Sequence record: ON568341.1
Length of the DNA: 64,000 bases
Reading direction: 5' to 3' (one strand)
Numbering within the stretch: position 1 is the stretch's first letter; every line of letters starts with the position of its first letter. This document shows positions 1 to 10,694 of this stretch, piece by piece. The notes under the pieces are model-generated. The model was given only the letters and a program-made list of their open reading frames with translations, did no database searches and had not been told where the DNA came from. The position numbers and the translations under genes are program-made.

Positions 1-1
1 A

Positions 2-2029
2 ACTTACCTATCCCCTATCAACAAAGTTCCAGTAGGCTCCACTGTGGAGAAAGGAAACATTTGGATTCGTGATGGTTATACCCAAAATGGGTCAAACTAT
101 TTTGGCACTCGTTTTGTTATTAAACGTTATGCATCTTTAACTCAAGTTTGGAATATTGTGCCAGCATTTACTGGTAATTCATTCCAAGAAATTGAAGCGA
201 AAAGTGGTGTTCTAAATAATAGTTATATCGCATCTCGCTTTGATGATGATAGCAAAAGTTTCTCTTTTTATATTCAAAGTGCAAAACTATCAACAATTAG
301 TGCTCCTGCTTTGCCATTAGGTGAAACCATTATTGAACAAGCAGGTGATGATAGTTATATGATTTTCACTTATTTGAACAAATCTGTTAAAGTTCTAGCA
401 GTACCTAATGGTGGTGTTATCAATACACAAACTATCATCAATAATCTAAATTCTAATGCTGAAGTAATTAACGATGGTTTCAAATTCAAACGTGAAACTA
501 ATGGAGGTTTGGTTATCACCAATACTAAAGGGTATAGTTTCAAAATTACCCAAAGTGGTGATGATATTTTTGCAGCAGATGAACTACAAAAACTAACTGT
601 AAACAGTAACAACTACTCCCAAATCAATCTTAAAAACTTCCGTGTTAGTTATGAAGTACCACGTAATATCGCAAAAGATGGTACATTATGGTATAATTTT
701 GGAAACTCTGATAATTTAAATGTTACTTTGTATGTAGCTGATGTAGCAAACGACAAATGGGAGCTTGTTCAAGACGAAAACAAATATGTACAAGTCGATG
801 AGCCAGCAGCAGATCGTACAATTTGGGTATGCCCTCTTTCACAAGGTATCGATGGATACGAATTCTATCGTAATGTCGATGGTGAATGGGTTAAACTTGA
901 CAATACAGATCAAAGCACATTAAATGGTATGGTTTTCCATGACTTTAATACTCCATCAAAAGTTCCCGCTGCTGCATTGTATCAAAATGGTATGTTGGCA
1001 GTAGACTTAGGCAATACTGAAGGTGTTGTTAAGAAAATGGTTAATGGAAAATGGGAAGTTGTTAGTGGTGTAAGTATTGATGGTGCTGGTTTGTTTGGTC
1101 GTGCTGCACAACGTCAACTTGTCGTCGAAGCACTGGCAGCAGTTATTGTTGGTAATGATGAAATTCGTTCCGAATTTATTGATTTCAATCTAATTTGTGT
1201 ACCTGGTTATGTTGAAACTCTAGCTGAATGTGTAACTTTAAATACAGATCGTAAAGAAACTGCATTTATCGTAACTGACGTTCCTGCACGATTGGACCCA
1301 ACTGGTAATGGTAGTGCTGTTCAGAAATGGGCTACTAATGCTAATAATGCACCAAGTAATGGCCCAGTTGGTAGAACAACTGCATATGATTATGCAGCCC
1401 AGTATATGGGGTGGTGTCTAAGTACAAACGTAGATGGTATGGAAGTTGCTGTACCAGGAAGCACTATTGCAATGCGTACTTATGCATATAGTGATAGCGT
1501 TAGTTATGTGTGGTATCCACCTGCTGGTACAACTCGTGGCGTTGTGACTAATGCTGCAAGTACTGGTTTCATTAATAGTGAAGGTGAATATCAACCAGTT
1601 GTATACAATCAAGGCCAACGTGATGTTATGTATACAAACAACATTAACCCAATTGCAATGCGTCCGAATCGTGGCTTACTTGTGTATGGAGATAAAACGC
1701 TATCTGCTAATCAAACATCAGCACTAAGCCGCGTTAACGTCGCACGTTTAGTTGTTTATATTCGTCGTCAACTTGAAATTATTTCTGAACCATTCCTATT
1801 CCGTTTGAATACCCCAAGTACTCGTCAGGAATTCAGTGGTGTAGTTAATAGTTTTTTGGCAGAAATTGTTCAACAACAAGGTCTATATAATTTCGCAGTA
1901 GTTTGTGACGAAAGTAACAACACTTCTGAACGTATTGACCGTAATGAACTTTGGATGGATATTGCAATCCAACCAACCAAGTCTATTAACTTCATATACG
2001 TACCAATTCGTATTGAAAAGACTCAATAA
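2..2029 (+). CDS. Tail sheath protein (T4 gp18-like), C-terminal part; 5'-truncated by window edge
   Basis: The frame is open from base 2. C-terminus matches sheath motifs: FNLICVPGY, VPGSTIAMRTYAYSD, YTNNINPIAMRPNRGLLVYGDKTL, LSRVNVARLVVYIRR, VVCDESNNTSERIDRNELWMDIAIQPTKSINFIYVPI. Confidence 0.93.
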   Translation, partial: TYLSPINKVPVGSTVEKGNIWIRDGYTQNGSNYFGTRFVIKRYASLTQVWNIVPAFTGNSFQEIEAKSGVLNNSYIASRFDDDSKSFSFYIQSAKLSTISAPALPLGETIIEQAGDDSYMIFTYLNKSVKVLAVPNGGVINTQTIINNLNSNAEVINDGFKFKRETNGGLVITNTKGYSFKITQSGDDIFAADELQKLTVNSNNYSQINLKNFRVSYEVPRNIAKDGTLWYNFGNSDNLNVTLYVADVANDKWELVQDENKYVQVDEPAADRTIWVCPLSQGIDGYEFYRNVDGEWVKLDNTDQSTLNGMVFHDFNTPSKVPAAALYQNGMLAVDLGNTEGVVKKMVNGKWEVVSGVSIDGAGLFGRAAQRQLVVEALAAVIVGNDEIRSEFIDFNLICVPGYVETLAECVTLNTDRKETAFIVTDVPARLDPTGNGSAVQKWATNANNAPSNGPVGRTTAYDYAAQYMGWCLSTNVDGMEVAVPGSTIAMRTYAYSDSVSYVWYPPAGTTRGVVTNAASTGFINSEGEYQPVVYNQGQRDVMYTNNINPIAMRPNRGLLVYGDKTLSANQTSALSRVNVARLVVYIRRQLEIISEPFLFRLNTPSTRQEFSGVVNSFLAEIVQQQGLYNFAVVCDESNNTSERIDRNELWMDIAIQPTKSINFIYVPIRIEKTQ

Positions 2030-2034
2030 AACAC

Positions 2035-2062
2035 AAAGGGAACCTCGTGGTTCCCTTTTTTA
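2035..2062 (+). terminator. Intrinsic terminator after tail sheath
   Basis: AAAGGGAACC-TCGT-GGTTCCCTTT followed by a T run. Confidence 0.9.
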
Positions 2063-2113
2063 TTATTTAAAATTAAATATATTATCTATTAATCACACTT
2101 TTTTGGATATATT

Positions 2114-2260
2114 ATGGAAGAAATACTCAAAAAAACATTACAAGAAGTTAGTAACACCGTATCAACACAGGCTGAATCATTATTGATATTAAAAGCATTT
2201 ATGGAGAATTTAGAACATTGTCGGTATTATTCGTGGTTATACTGTATACACAAATGGTAA
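2114..2260 (+). CDS. Small hypothetical late protein (48 aa as written; possibly ~77 aa to 2345 if frameshifted)
   Basis: ATG at 2114, with TAAATA at 2074-2079 at the same spacing as other late genes. Not in the supplied ORF track. Confidence 0.4.
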   Translation: MEEILKKTLQEVSNTVSTQAESLLILKAFMENLEHCRYYSWLYCIHKW

Positions 2261-2418
2261 ATGGTCTATTGGAATAAATTATATAGATTATAAACAAACT
2301 AAAAAATACTTGTATTGTGTTAATATAGATTGGTTCCCATGTTAATGACATACTTGAATAAAAGTATAAGTAATCGATAAATAAAATAAAGATGTCATTC
2401 CATGATAGGAGAATATAA

Positions 2419-3105
2419 ATGGCTACAATGCTTGATCGATATGGCGTGCCGCTGGCAGGTGGTGGTCGTATCTCTATGAAACAACCGAAGGCAAAATATA
2501 AATTTCGTGTCATTTTCTTTGGTTTCGGTACTAATGATGATGGTAATATGATTACACTAGACACTAATACCGTAGGTGCAGTATCGGTATCACATGAAAA
2601 CGTTACTGTTCATAGTTATAACAGTTCTGCACACTATAAAGGTAAGTACACATGGGATACTATTGAAATTGCTTTCCGTGATTCAGTTGGTAATGCTTCT
2701 GCTAAAGCACTATATAACCAAATGCGTAAAGAATTTAACTATTATAGTCAAGAATCACGTATGACCGATTCTCAATTCAAGTTCGAAATGTGGATTCAAG
2801 AACTTGATGGCTCTAATAGTGAAAATACGTCAAACCTGTTTGAAGGTACATTAAGTACTTGGGTATGTCAAGGTTGCTTTATTGAATCTAGTAACTTTGG
2901 TGATTGGGACTATTCTTCAAGTGATGCACAAGTCATTTCTATGACAGTACAACCTGATGGGTGTGCCAAGTTGGGTCCAAACGGTGAAGCATTTGGTGAT
3001 GAAGTTAGTGGTTTCGGTAATCCATCAACAGCTACTTCTATTTCTGGTGCACAAACTAATATTAGTAGCACTACACTACCAGATAGTAATTTCTATGAAA
3101 AATAA
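2419..3105 (+). CDS. Tail tube protein (gp19-like fold), paralogue 1
   Basis: Follows the sheath gene. Motifs QPKAKYKFRV, GKYTWDTIEIAFRD, GCFIESSNFGDWDYSSSDAQVISMTVQPD are typical of gp19-family tubes. Confidence 0.8.
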   Translation: MATMLDRYGVPLAGGGRISMKQPKAKYKFRVIFFGFGTNDDGNMITLDTNTVGAVSVSHENVTVHSYNSSAHYKGKYTWDTIEIAFRDSVGNASAKALYNQMRKEFNYYSQESRMTDSQFKFEMWIQELDGSNSENTSNLFEGTLSTWVCQGCFIESSNFGDWDYSSSDAQVISMTVQPDGCAKLGPNGEAFGDEVSGFGNPSTATSISGAQTNISSTTLPDSNFYEK

Positions 3106-3124
3106 TTTCATTTAAACTTAATAT

Positions 3125-3152
3125 AGCCTCGAATCATTTCGAGGCTTTTTTT
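3125..3152 (+). terminator. Intrinsic terminator
   Basis: AGCCTCGAA-TCAT-TTCGAGGCT plus T run. Confidence 0.88.
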
Positions 3153-3197
3153 ATGCTAAATAAAGTATAATACCTTATAAAATAAAAAGAGGTTGCT

Positions 3198-3974
3198 ATG
3201 GCAAATAACATGATTAATAAATATGGGGTTCCTTTACCATCAGGGCGTAATAGATCTATGCTACAACCAAAAGCAAAATACAAGTTTCGTGTTATTGTAT
3301 ATAATTTCGGTACTGAAATAAATGAACGAGATCACATTGCACTTGATGTGGATAAAATAGATAGACCTACTGTCACATTTAGTACACATAAACTGTATCA
3401 ATTTACTACAAATACATCATATATTGGTAGTTATGATTGGGAACCAATCACATTATCGATCCGTGATTCGGTTGGTAACGCTTCTGCAAAAGCATTATCT
3501 AGACAGTTACAAAAACAACTTGACTTTCAGCGTAGAATAACATCAAGAAGAGTTCATGACTATGGTTCATATAAATTTGGATTAGTTATACAAATGCTTA
3601 GTGGACGTAACTCTGATGATACATTAGATAATTTGGGTAGAGATACATTAGTTGATGCATCCACCGCAGCAACAAATAATACTGGATTGGTTAATGCTGT
3701 CGATCAATTTATAGGTGGTTCGTCTTATAATAGTGCTGGTGTCATGGAATACTTTGTTTTAACGGGATGTGTTATACAAAACATAACATATGACTCTCTT
3801 GATTATAGTTCAAGTTCACCAGTTGAAATGGTAGTAACAATAAAACCAGATAACTGTATACAATTTGATAACATTGAAGAAATGTATAGTACCAGAATAA
3901 ATTCTCTTTTACCTGAAAATGTCAATCAAGGATTAGATATCATTGATCGTGTTTTTGGTAATGTTGGATTTTAA
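3198..3974 (+). CDS. Tail tube-like protein, paralogue 2
   Basis: Shares KYGVPL..G...SMLQPKAKYKFRVI, IRDSVGNASAKAL and GCVIQNITYDSLDYSSS with the preceding gene. Confidence 0.75.
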   Translation: MANNMINKYGVPLPSGRNRSMLQPKAKYKFRVIVYNFGTEINERDHIALDVDKIDRPTVTFSTHKLYQFTTNTSYIGSYDWEPITLSIRDSVGNASAKALSRQLQKQLDFQRRITSRRVHDYGSYKFGLVIQMLSGRNSDDTLDNLGRDTLVDASTAATNNTGLVNAVDQFIGGSSYNSAGVMEYFVLTGCVIQNITYDSLDYSSSSPVEMVVTIKPDNCIQFDNIEEMYSTRINSLLPENVNQGLDIIDRVFGNVGF

Positions 3975-3985
3975 GGAGATGATGG

Positions 3986-5080
3986 ATGAGTGATTTTTTT
4001 GATTCATTTGTCAGTACTGGCACAAGTATTGTAAATGGGGTTGTTGATAATATAGAAATAGTAAAAGACCCTGCATTCAAAAACTATAATGCTGCTCAAC
4101 GTGTTTTTGGAACAGCAGGTGAAATGGGTTTTTCATTTTATAATTTACCTAAATTTAAAAATAGTTTTATAATTGAATTTGTGTTAACTCCTTTTGCAAA
4201 AAACTTTATTAAAACTCAATTACCAGACACACATACTGGTTTTGACGTTAATAATGTATCATGTTTTGTTAAAGATGTTACATTACCAAGCTTTTCATTT
4301 AATATTGAAACAGTCAATCAATATAATAAAAAACGATTAGTTACTGGAGACATAGTTTATAAACCAAGTAATGTGGTTTTTTATGATACTGTTGATGGTG
4401 CTGGGTACTTATTATTGGATGCATATAGAAAGTTTTATTATGGTGATTTCTTTGATAAAAATCCCCAATCGTACCGTAATGATGTTCTAAGTACACCTGA
4501 TAACTTTAATGGTTTGGGGGGTAACTGGGGTCGTTCCGTTATGAACAACGGTAATTATGATAACCAATACTTTTTTAAATCAATTAATATATATGAAATT
4601 GATAATGAAACATACACAGTACATAATATGATAAACGTATTCATCGAAGATGTACAGTTAGAAACTAAATCTATGGAAAGTGAAGCAGAACCGTCTGTTA
4701 TTTCTTTAACTATGAGATACGAAGCATGTAACAACTTTGGACCTGATGGATATTTGAGTATTAGTGTACCTTCAATGGAGATTGCACATTTGATTACAAA
4801 CACAGAAGGACTTGGTGTTAGTGGTTTCTTCAAATATTTTGGTGAATTGGATGATAAAACAACAGGAATAGAGACAGTTGGCAAAATTATCCGAGCAGGT
4901 ACGTCAGTTAGTGATATAATCAGTAGTGTTGATGATATATTGCGTGGGGACACTACACCTGACACTATTAGAAACATCGGGGCGGCTGTAACCAGAGGTT
5001 CTAATGCTATTGGATTTGGTAGTGTTGTGTCTGAAGCAAGTTCTAAATTTGGACTTGGTAATATACTAGGAGATTTCTAA
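3986..5080 (+). CDS. Tube-fold baseplate/tail-tube junction protein (gp48/gp54-like)
   Basis: VKDVTLPSFSFNIETVNQYNKKR...YKPSNVVFYD resembles the gp19/gp54 fold. GGAG RBS upstream. Fits synteny. Confidence 0.55.
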   Translation: MSDFFDSFVSTGTSIVNGVVDNIEIVKDPAFKNYNAAQRVFGTAGEMGFSFYNLPKFKNSFIIEFVLTPFAKNFIKTQLPDTHTGFDVNNVSCFVKDVTLPSFSFNIETVNQYNKKRLVTGDIVYKPSNVVFYDTVDGAGYLLLDAYRKFYYGDFFDKNPQSYRNDVLSTPDNFNGLGGNWGRSVMNNGNYDNQYFFKSINIYEIDNETYTVHNMINVFIEDVQLETKSMESEAEPSVISLTMRYEACNNFGPDGYLSISVPSMEIAHLITNTEGLGVSGFFKYFGELDDKTTGIETVGKIIRAGTSVSDIISSVDDILRGDTTPDTIRNIGAAVTRGSNAIGFGSVVSEASSKFGLGNILGDF

Positions 5081-5152
5081 CACACATTTCGTGGAATATT
5101 GAAATGTTTAGAATTAAATATTGTTAAATTAATAAAATCAAAAGGTATATAA

Positions 5153-6163
<1,011 letters not shown>

Positions 6164-6192
6164 CTAAAACATCTATTTAATGGAGTTATTAA

Positions 6193-6729
6193 ATGAACAA
6201 GCTACAACAAATTCTAACACAAAATAAGCCTGTATATGAATATCGTGTCAAATTTGCATTTGAGCCTAGTGCTGAACAATTGAGTAAAGTAACGCAACGT
6301 CTTGTTGATCGTTATGATGCTTTTGAAGTTGGTGCGTTAAAGAAAACAATTTTTATGGAAAAACCACTAGATTTTTATGAACTTGATTGTGGTGAAATTT
6401 GGATGTTTGATTTTAAATGCAATCGTGGTGTACAGTCTAATGTACTAATGTATGAAATTGGAAACCTTCTATCTGTCACCGAAGCACTTATTCGTGTTCG
6501 TAATAAAGATGAACCTCGTCAAATTGAAATGACTGATTTGGAAGATGATATTGATTTTGATGATATCGATGAACCAATTATCGGGGTGGATTTTGGGAAA
6601 CCAGAAGACAGTTATGATTTAGCAGGACAAGAACGTGCTGATACAGCAGTTTCTGATGCAATTGATGCATTTAAAAAAGACAATAAATACTCTCAATATA
6701 TGAGTGCTGGTTTTGGTAAAAAGGATTAA
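6193..6729 (+). CDS. Hypothetical virion (head-associated) protein
   Basis: 178-aa ORF with GGAG RBS, TAAATA at 6157-6162 and an acidic C-terminus. Confidence 0.6.
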   Translation: MNKLQQILTQNKPVYEYRVKFAFEPSAEQLSKVTQRLVDRYDAFEVGALKKTIFMEKPLDFYELDCGEIWMFDFKCNRGVQSNVLMYEIGNLLSVTEALIRVRNKDEPRQIEMTDLEDDIDFDDIDEPIIGVDFGKPEDSYDLAGQERADTAVSDAIDAFKKDNKYSQYMSAGFGKKD

Positions 6730-6732
6730 CAC

Positions 6733-7284
6733 ATGAGTATACTTAATGAAATGTTAGACTATGATGACAAAGAGTTAAACGAGGCTCGCCCATATAGTCG
6801 TTCACAAAGTGCTATTGATAGTGCTAAAGGTAAAGTGAAAGGTTTTTTTGGTAGTGGGCAAATTGAACAAGGTGCACAAGAAGTTGGTGCTGAAGCGAAC
6901 AAGTTGTGGGCTGAGTTTAAACGATATGTAGGCCGCAAATATGGAAAAGCACAGCCAACCGTACCTTATGCTGATGTTGCACAGTTTTTTAAAGGGAACA
7001 ATCTTGATATTAAATACTTGGGTAATAATACACGTCGTTCTTTTACACCAAAAGATGTAGGTACTGCTTTATTAAACGCTGCTCGTGATCTAATGAATGA
7101 CTATCGTGACCAACAAGGCGAGGAAGAACGTTCTGAACCACAACAGTCACAGCGTACTGCACCAGAACAGCAAGAACAGCCAGCACAACAAGAACAACCA
7201 AAAGCACAAGGTTCCAGTATCCCTGATGCTCTACAAAAATTAAGTCCAGAGCAACGCGACCAACTGTTACGTATGCTTTCTTAA
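6733..7284 (+). CDS. Hypothetical virion/internal head protein
   Basis: 183 aa. ILNE and LNEA motifs near the N-terminus, Q/E/P-rich linker. Confidence 0.55.
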   Translation: MSILNEMLDYDDKELNEARPYSRSQSAIDSAKGKVKGFFGSGQIEQGAQEVGAEANKLWAEFKRYVGRKYGKAQPTVPYADVAQFFKGNNLDIKYLGNNTRRSFTPKDVGTALLNAARDLMNDYRDQQGEEERSEPQQSQRTAPEQQEQPAQQEQPKAQGSSIPDALQKLSPEQRDQLLRMLS

Positions 7285-7297
7285 GGAGAATCAACGC

Positions 7298-8803
7298 ATG
7301 GATAATTTTTTCAGTACTGAAACTGTCACCGTTCCTAATGGTTATGTATATACGTCACATACTGGTGCAAAATATGTATTTCTTGAAGGATTCTGGTTTA
7401 ATGACAGCAACATGTTAATGGTAGACCCTAGAAAATACCCATCCATGTACGCAAGTGCTCGTCAACAAATTGTCGAGCATAATCTAGCCTCAAATGAATA
7501 TAAGATTGGTAAAAAATATATTGTTGAAGGTAAAGAGTGTACATTTATTGGTGAAAACCGTTTCAAAACAAAAGATGGAATTCTGCTGTCTGAAAGTGAA
7601 ATCATCACAGAATTAATGGCAGATGATCATCGTGTATATAACGTTTCAAAAGAAACACTCCAAAAAGAATGGAATGCATTAAAATTTTACATTCTTCCTC
7701 CCTATGCTGATGATATATCAATTCCAGCAGGTATGGAAATTAGTGGTTTTAAGTTTGTTCCAAAGAATCACCGTTTTGTCGATATGAAATCAGGCAGACC
7801 AGTTGATCCAGCAATGACCCGCAAGCTATCCGATGAAGGCATACGTATTGCTCGTCAGTTAGCTTCAAAAAACAAACTAATTCCAATCAAATCAACTTTA
7901 GTTCAAGGTAATACACGTTGTGAGTGGAATGGTAAAGACTTTTGCGATAACGATGGTAATGTGGTAATTCCAGAACAAAATGCACATGCAATTATTAAGG
8001 CATATCAGCAATTTGTTAATGATAACCCAAGTGATTTTCCTACATTGACGGGCGAACAAGACCACAGTGAACAACGTTTTGGTTCAGGTGAAAAGCCACA
8101 ACAATCAACACAACCTGTTAAACAGCCTGTATTTGCAACCAAAGAATCAATCAATGAAGCAGACGAAGAAATTGAAGAATTTGAAAGTATTACAGTACCT
8201 GATGGTTATAGAATGACTTCTTCTAAAGGAAAAACATACACTAAGAAAAACAACTTGTGGTATGATATTGACAGCAAAAAGCAACTTAACACTAGTGCTT
8301 CTAAAAGTGTTGAAAGAGCAGCCCAACGTGATATTTTCCGTCATAACAACTCTGGTGCTATGAAAATTGGAACAAAAGTTAAATCCAAACAAGGTAAAGA
8401 ATATTCTTATGTTGGTGGTGACCGATTCATTAGTGCTGATGGTAAATTTATTCCGAAAGCAACCGCAGCTAAATTACTTGCTAAGTACAATGACGAGAAA
8501 GAAGATGTAAAACCAGATAATTCTAGTACTGATCAAATTCAATCAAAAGAAGAACCTAGGAAAGAACCAGAATCTGAACAAAAACCAGACGAAGTTTCTG
8601 GTTCAGAAACTAAATCTGAAACAATTGCTGGTGATGACGTACAATCATTAGCTTCTAAAATCAAAGAGTCACCTTATGCTAAAAAAATCACAGTTCTTTT
8701 AACTCGTGGTGATGAGGTTTCTCTACTTGCTGCTGATATTCTACTTTCAGGCAAAAAGGATGAAACAGTGCAAATTTTAAAATCATTAAATAATAATGAT
8801 TGA
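7298..8803 (+). CDS. Hypothetical virion protein with three internal ~85-aa repeats
   Basis: 501 aa. Repeat starts TVTVPNGY, ISIPAGM and SITVPDGY. AAGGAG RBS. Confidence 0.6.
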   Translation: MDNFFSTETVTVPNGYVYTSHTGAKYVFLEGFWFNDSNMLMVDPRKYPSMYASARQQIVEHNLASNEYKIGKKYIVEGKECTFIGENRFKTKDGILLSESEIITELMADDHRVYNVSKETLQKEWNALKFYILPPYADDISIPAGMEISGFKFVPKNHRFVDMKSGRPVDPAMTRKLSDEGIRIARQLASKNKLIPIKSTLVQGNTRCEWNGKDFCDNDGNVVIPEQNAHAIIKAYQQFVNDNPSDFPTLTGEQDHSEQRFGSGEKPQQSTQPVKQPVFATKESINEADEEIEEFESITVPDGYRMTSSKGKTYTKKNNLWYDIDSKKQLNTSASKSVERAAQRDIFRHNNSGAMKIGTKVKSKQGKEYSYVGGDRFISADGKFIPKATAAKLLAKYNDEKEDVKPDNSSTDQIQSKEEPRKEPESEQKPDEVSGSETKSETIAGDDVQSLASKIKESPYAKKITVLLTRGDEVSLLAADILLSGKKDETVQILKSLNNND

Positions 8804-8825
8804 TAACTAAAAGGATTTATTTAAA

Positions 8826-9806
8826 ATGGCTAAAAAAATTAATGAAGCACAAGTTAAAATCGATATCGCAGGTTTAGAATCTGATGATTTGGAAACACTA
8901 TCCCGTATGTTAGCTCTTGCTGGTCAAGCTGAACGTCAAGACCCTGTGGTTGCTGCTCCAGTATCATCTATTGGGTCTATGGCTCCATCTCTACCACCTA
9001 TTGCACCACTAGATCTTGATTCTATTAGTGCCGAAAAAGAAATTGGTGGAATTGAAACTTCAGTTGAAGATCCATTGGCAGCAGCAGTTGATGGTCTTTC
9101 CGCTGATGATGGTGATTTTGGTGCTGACACCGATGAAGTTGGTATTGATGCTGAATTTTCAGAACCAGGCGTAGAAGGTGAAGAAGATTTTTCTCTTGAC
9201 CTTAGTGGTCAACCTCAACTAGAATCAGTTGAAGAAGACGACGATGAGGAAGAAGAAATCATCGAAGAAGAATTCGATTTTAGTCGTATGCTATCTCTTG
9301 CTGGTATTAACGAAGAAGAAGACGACGATTTTTCCGTAGAGGGTAATACTGCTACTGATAGAGAAATGAAAGATACTCAATTTCTACCAGATCTAAGTAT
9401 CTCTGAAGATGAAGAACCATCTGACAGTACTGATTATGGTCCATATAATACTGAAGCTGATGCAGTTCGTGATGGTCAACTTAAGACTAATGGTGTTGAA
9501 GGTGATCATTTTGTTGTAATTGCGAAAGGGAACCAGTTTTATTGGAGACGTGTTGTAGATGAAGATGTTGACAATCGTCCAGAACCAGAGTATTATGACA
9601 ATGAAGGAAACGAAAATCGCGTTCATAAATTTGAACCAAAATCTCCAGGTACTGCATTAGGAGATAACCCACTCAATGTTAATGAAAGTGAAGAAGATGA
9701 TTCACCAGAAGGTAACACTGACTTGGAAGATGACTCTGATGAAGAAGTAGAAGATATTTTCGAAAGTCTCCAAGAAAAATATAAAAAATTTTTAGGAGAC
9801 AAATAA
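8826..9806 (+). CDS. Highly acidic prohead core/scaffold-like protein
   Basis: 326 aa, very D/E-rich. RMLALAG and RMLSLAGINE motifs, IFESLQEKYKKF terminus. TAAATA at 8787-8792. Confidence 0.55.
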   Translation: MAKKINEAQVKIDIAGLESDDLETLSRMLALAGQAERQDPVVAAPVSSIGSMAPSLPPIAPLDLDSISAEKEIGGIETSVEDPLAAAVDGLSADDGDFGADTDEVGIDAEFSEPGVEGEEDFSLDLSGQPQLESVEEDDDEEEEIIEEEFDFSRMLSLAGINEEEDDDFSVEGNTATDREMKDTQFLPDLSISEDEEPSDSTDYGPYNTEADAVRDGQLKTNGVEGDHFVVIAKGNQFYWRRVVDEDVDNRPEPEYYDNEGNENRVHKFEPKSPGTALGDNPLNVNESEEDDSPEGNTDLEDDSDEEVEDIFESLQEKYKKFLGDK

Positions 9807-9807
9807 T

Positions 9808-10203
9808 ATGCAATATAATTATCGTGAACTAGTTGAAGCGTTGGACGAAATCACCGGACGAGATGAAGAAGGAAGTTTTTCCGTTGAAGTTGATTCCGAT
9901 GTTGTAGCAATTGATGTTCTTAAAGATATTACCAAATGTCTCGTTGATATTGTTGATAAGATTAAATCTGGTGAAGATCAAAAAGAAATCGTTGATAAAC
10001 TACAAAAAGCATGTGACATTTTGTCTGACATTCGATATAATGATGAAAGTACTGAAGTCGATGATGATGAAGTGATGGAAGCTATTGCTGGATGTTTTGG
10101 AACTGAAGGTATGGGTCCAACGATTGACAAAGATGGCGTACAGCACTATAATGAACCAGATGCACCATCTTATGCTGCACGCCAAGGTTATGTTGGAGAC
10201 TAA
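9808..10203 (+). CDS. Acidic hypothetical protein (probably head-associated)
   Basis: 131 aa, starts 1 nt after the previous stop. LVEA and VMEA motifs. Confidence 0.55.
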   Translation: MQYNYRELVEALDEITGRDEEGSFSVEVDSDVVAIDVLKDITKCLVDIVDKIKSGEDQKEIVDKLQKACDILSDIRYNDESTEVDDDEVMEAIAGCFGTEGMGPTIDKDGVQHYNEPDAPSYAARQGYVGD

Positions 10204-10208
10204 AATAT

Positions 10209-10589
10209 ATGTTTCCTGTACCATCACATAACAGTACTGAATATCAAAATGATGTACTTTCCAAAGTTAGGGAAGTACATGAATCAGATTCAGAAATAAC
10301 AGACCGTATGCTTCTGATGTCAATTTTTGAAAATTTCAGAACTGGCGGTGGTTTACGTCTTAGCAAGTTTGGGTATGGAATTTGTAAAGAAAATAATCTT
10401 TATGAATTTACAAAAATCCCCTTGCAAAGAGAATTTAAAAGTTCTATAATGTTTACATCACTTGACAGAATATGTACTTCACCTTATTATGTTGAAGGTC
10501 AGTACATATATCTGACAGATGCAATGATAATAACTGAATTAACATTGTGTTGTGATGATTTTAAACAATTATTTTCTATTCATATGTAA
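10209..10589 (+). CDS. Hypothetical protein
   Basis: 126-aa ORF contiguous with the operon. No function recognised. Confidence 0.6.
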   Translation: MFPVPSHNSTEYQNDVLSKVREVHESDSEITDRMLLMSIFENFRTGGGLRLSKFGYGICKENNLYEFTKIPLQREFKSSIMFTSLDRICTSPYYVEGQYIYLTDAMIITELTLCCDDFKQLFSIHM

Positions 10590-10601
10590 GAAAAATAAAT
10601 G

Positions 10602-10629
10602 TTGACAAGATAGAATGATGTGATATAAT
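10602..10629 (+). promoter_or_regulatory. Sigma70-type early promoter P1
   Basis: TTGACA-16 nt-TATAAT with extended -10 TG and an upstream A-tract. Confidence 0.85.
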
Positions 10630-10694
10630 AAGCATCAGACATAAAGTTTTCAAGCGGCACAAGATGTGAGTTTGAAAAAAATAAAAAAAAGTGA

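Noticed and set aside
5075-5113. Hairpin TTCTAA-CAC-ACATTTC/GAAATGT-TTAGAA after the 3986 gene as an sRNA
   Set aside because: It is short and AT-rich with no promoter of its own or U-tract. At most it is a pause or processing hairpin.
8826-9806. GAA/GAT-rich low-complexity stretches as DNA repeats
   Set aside because: They reflect poly-acidic protein sequence, not a discrete repeat element.
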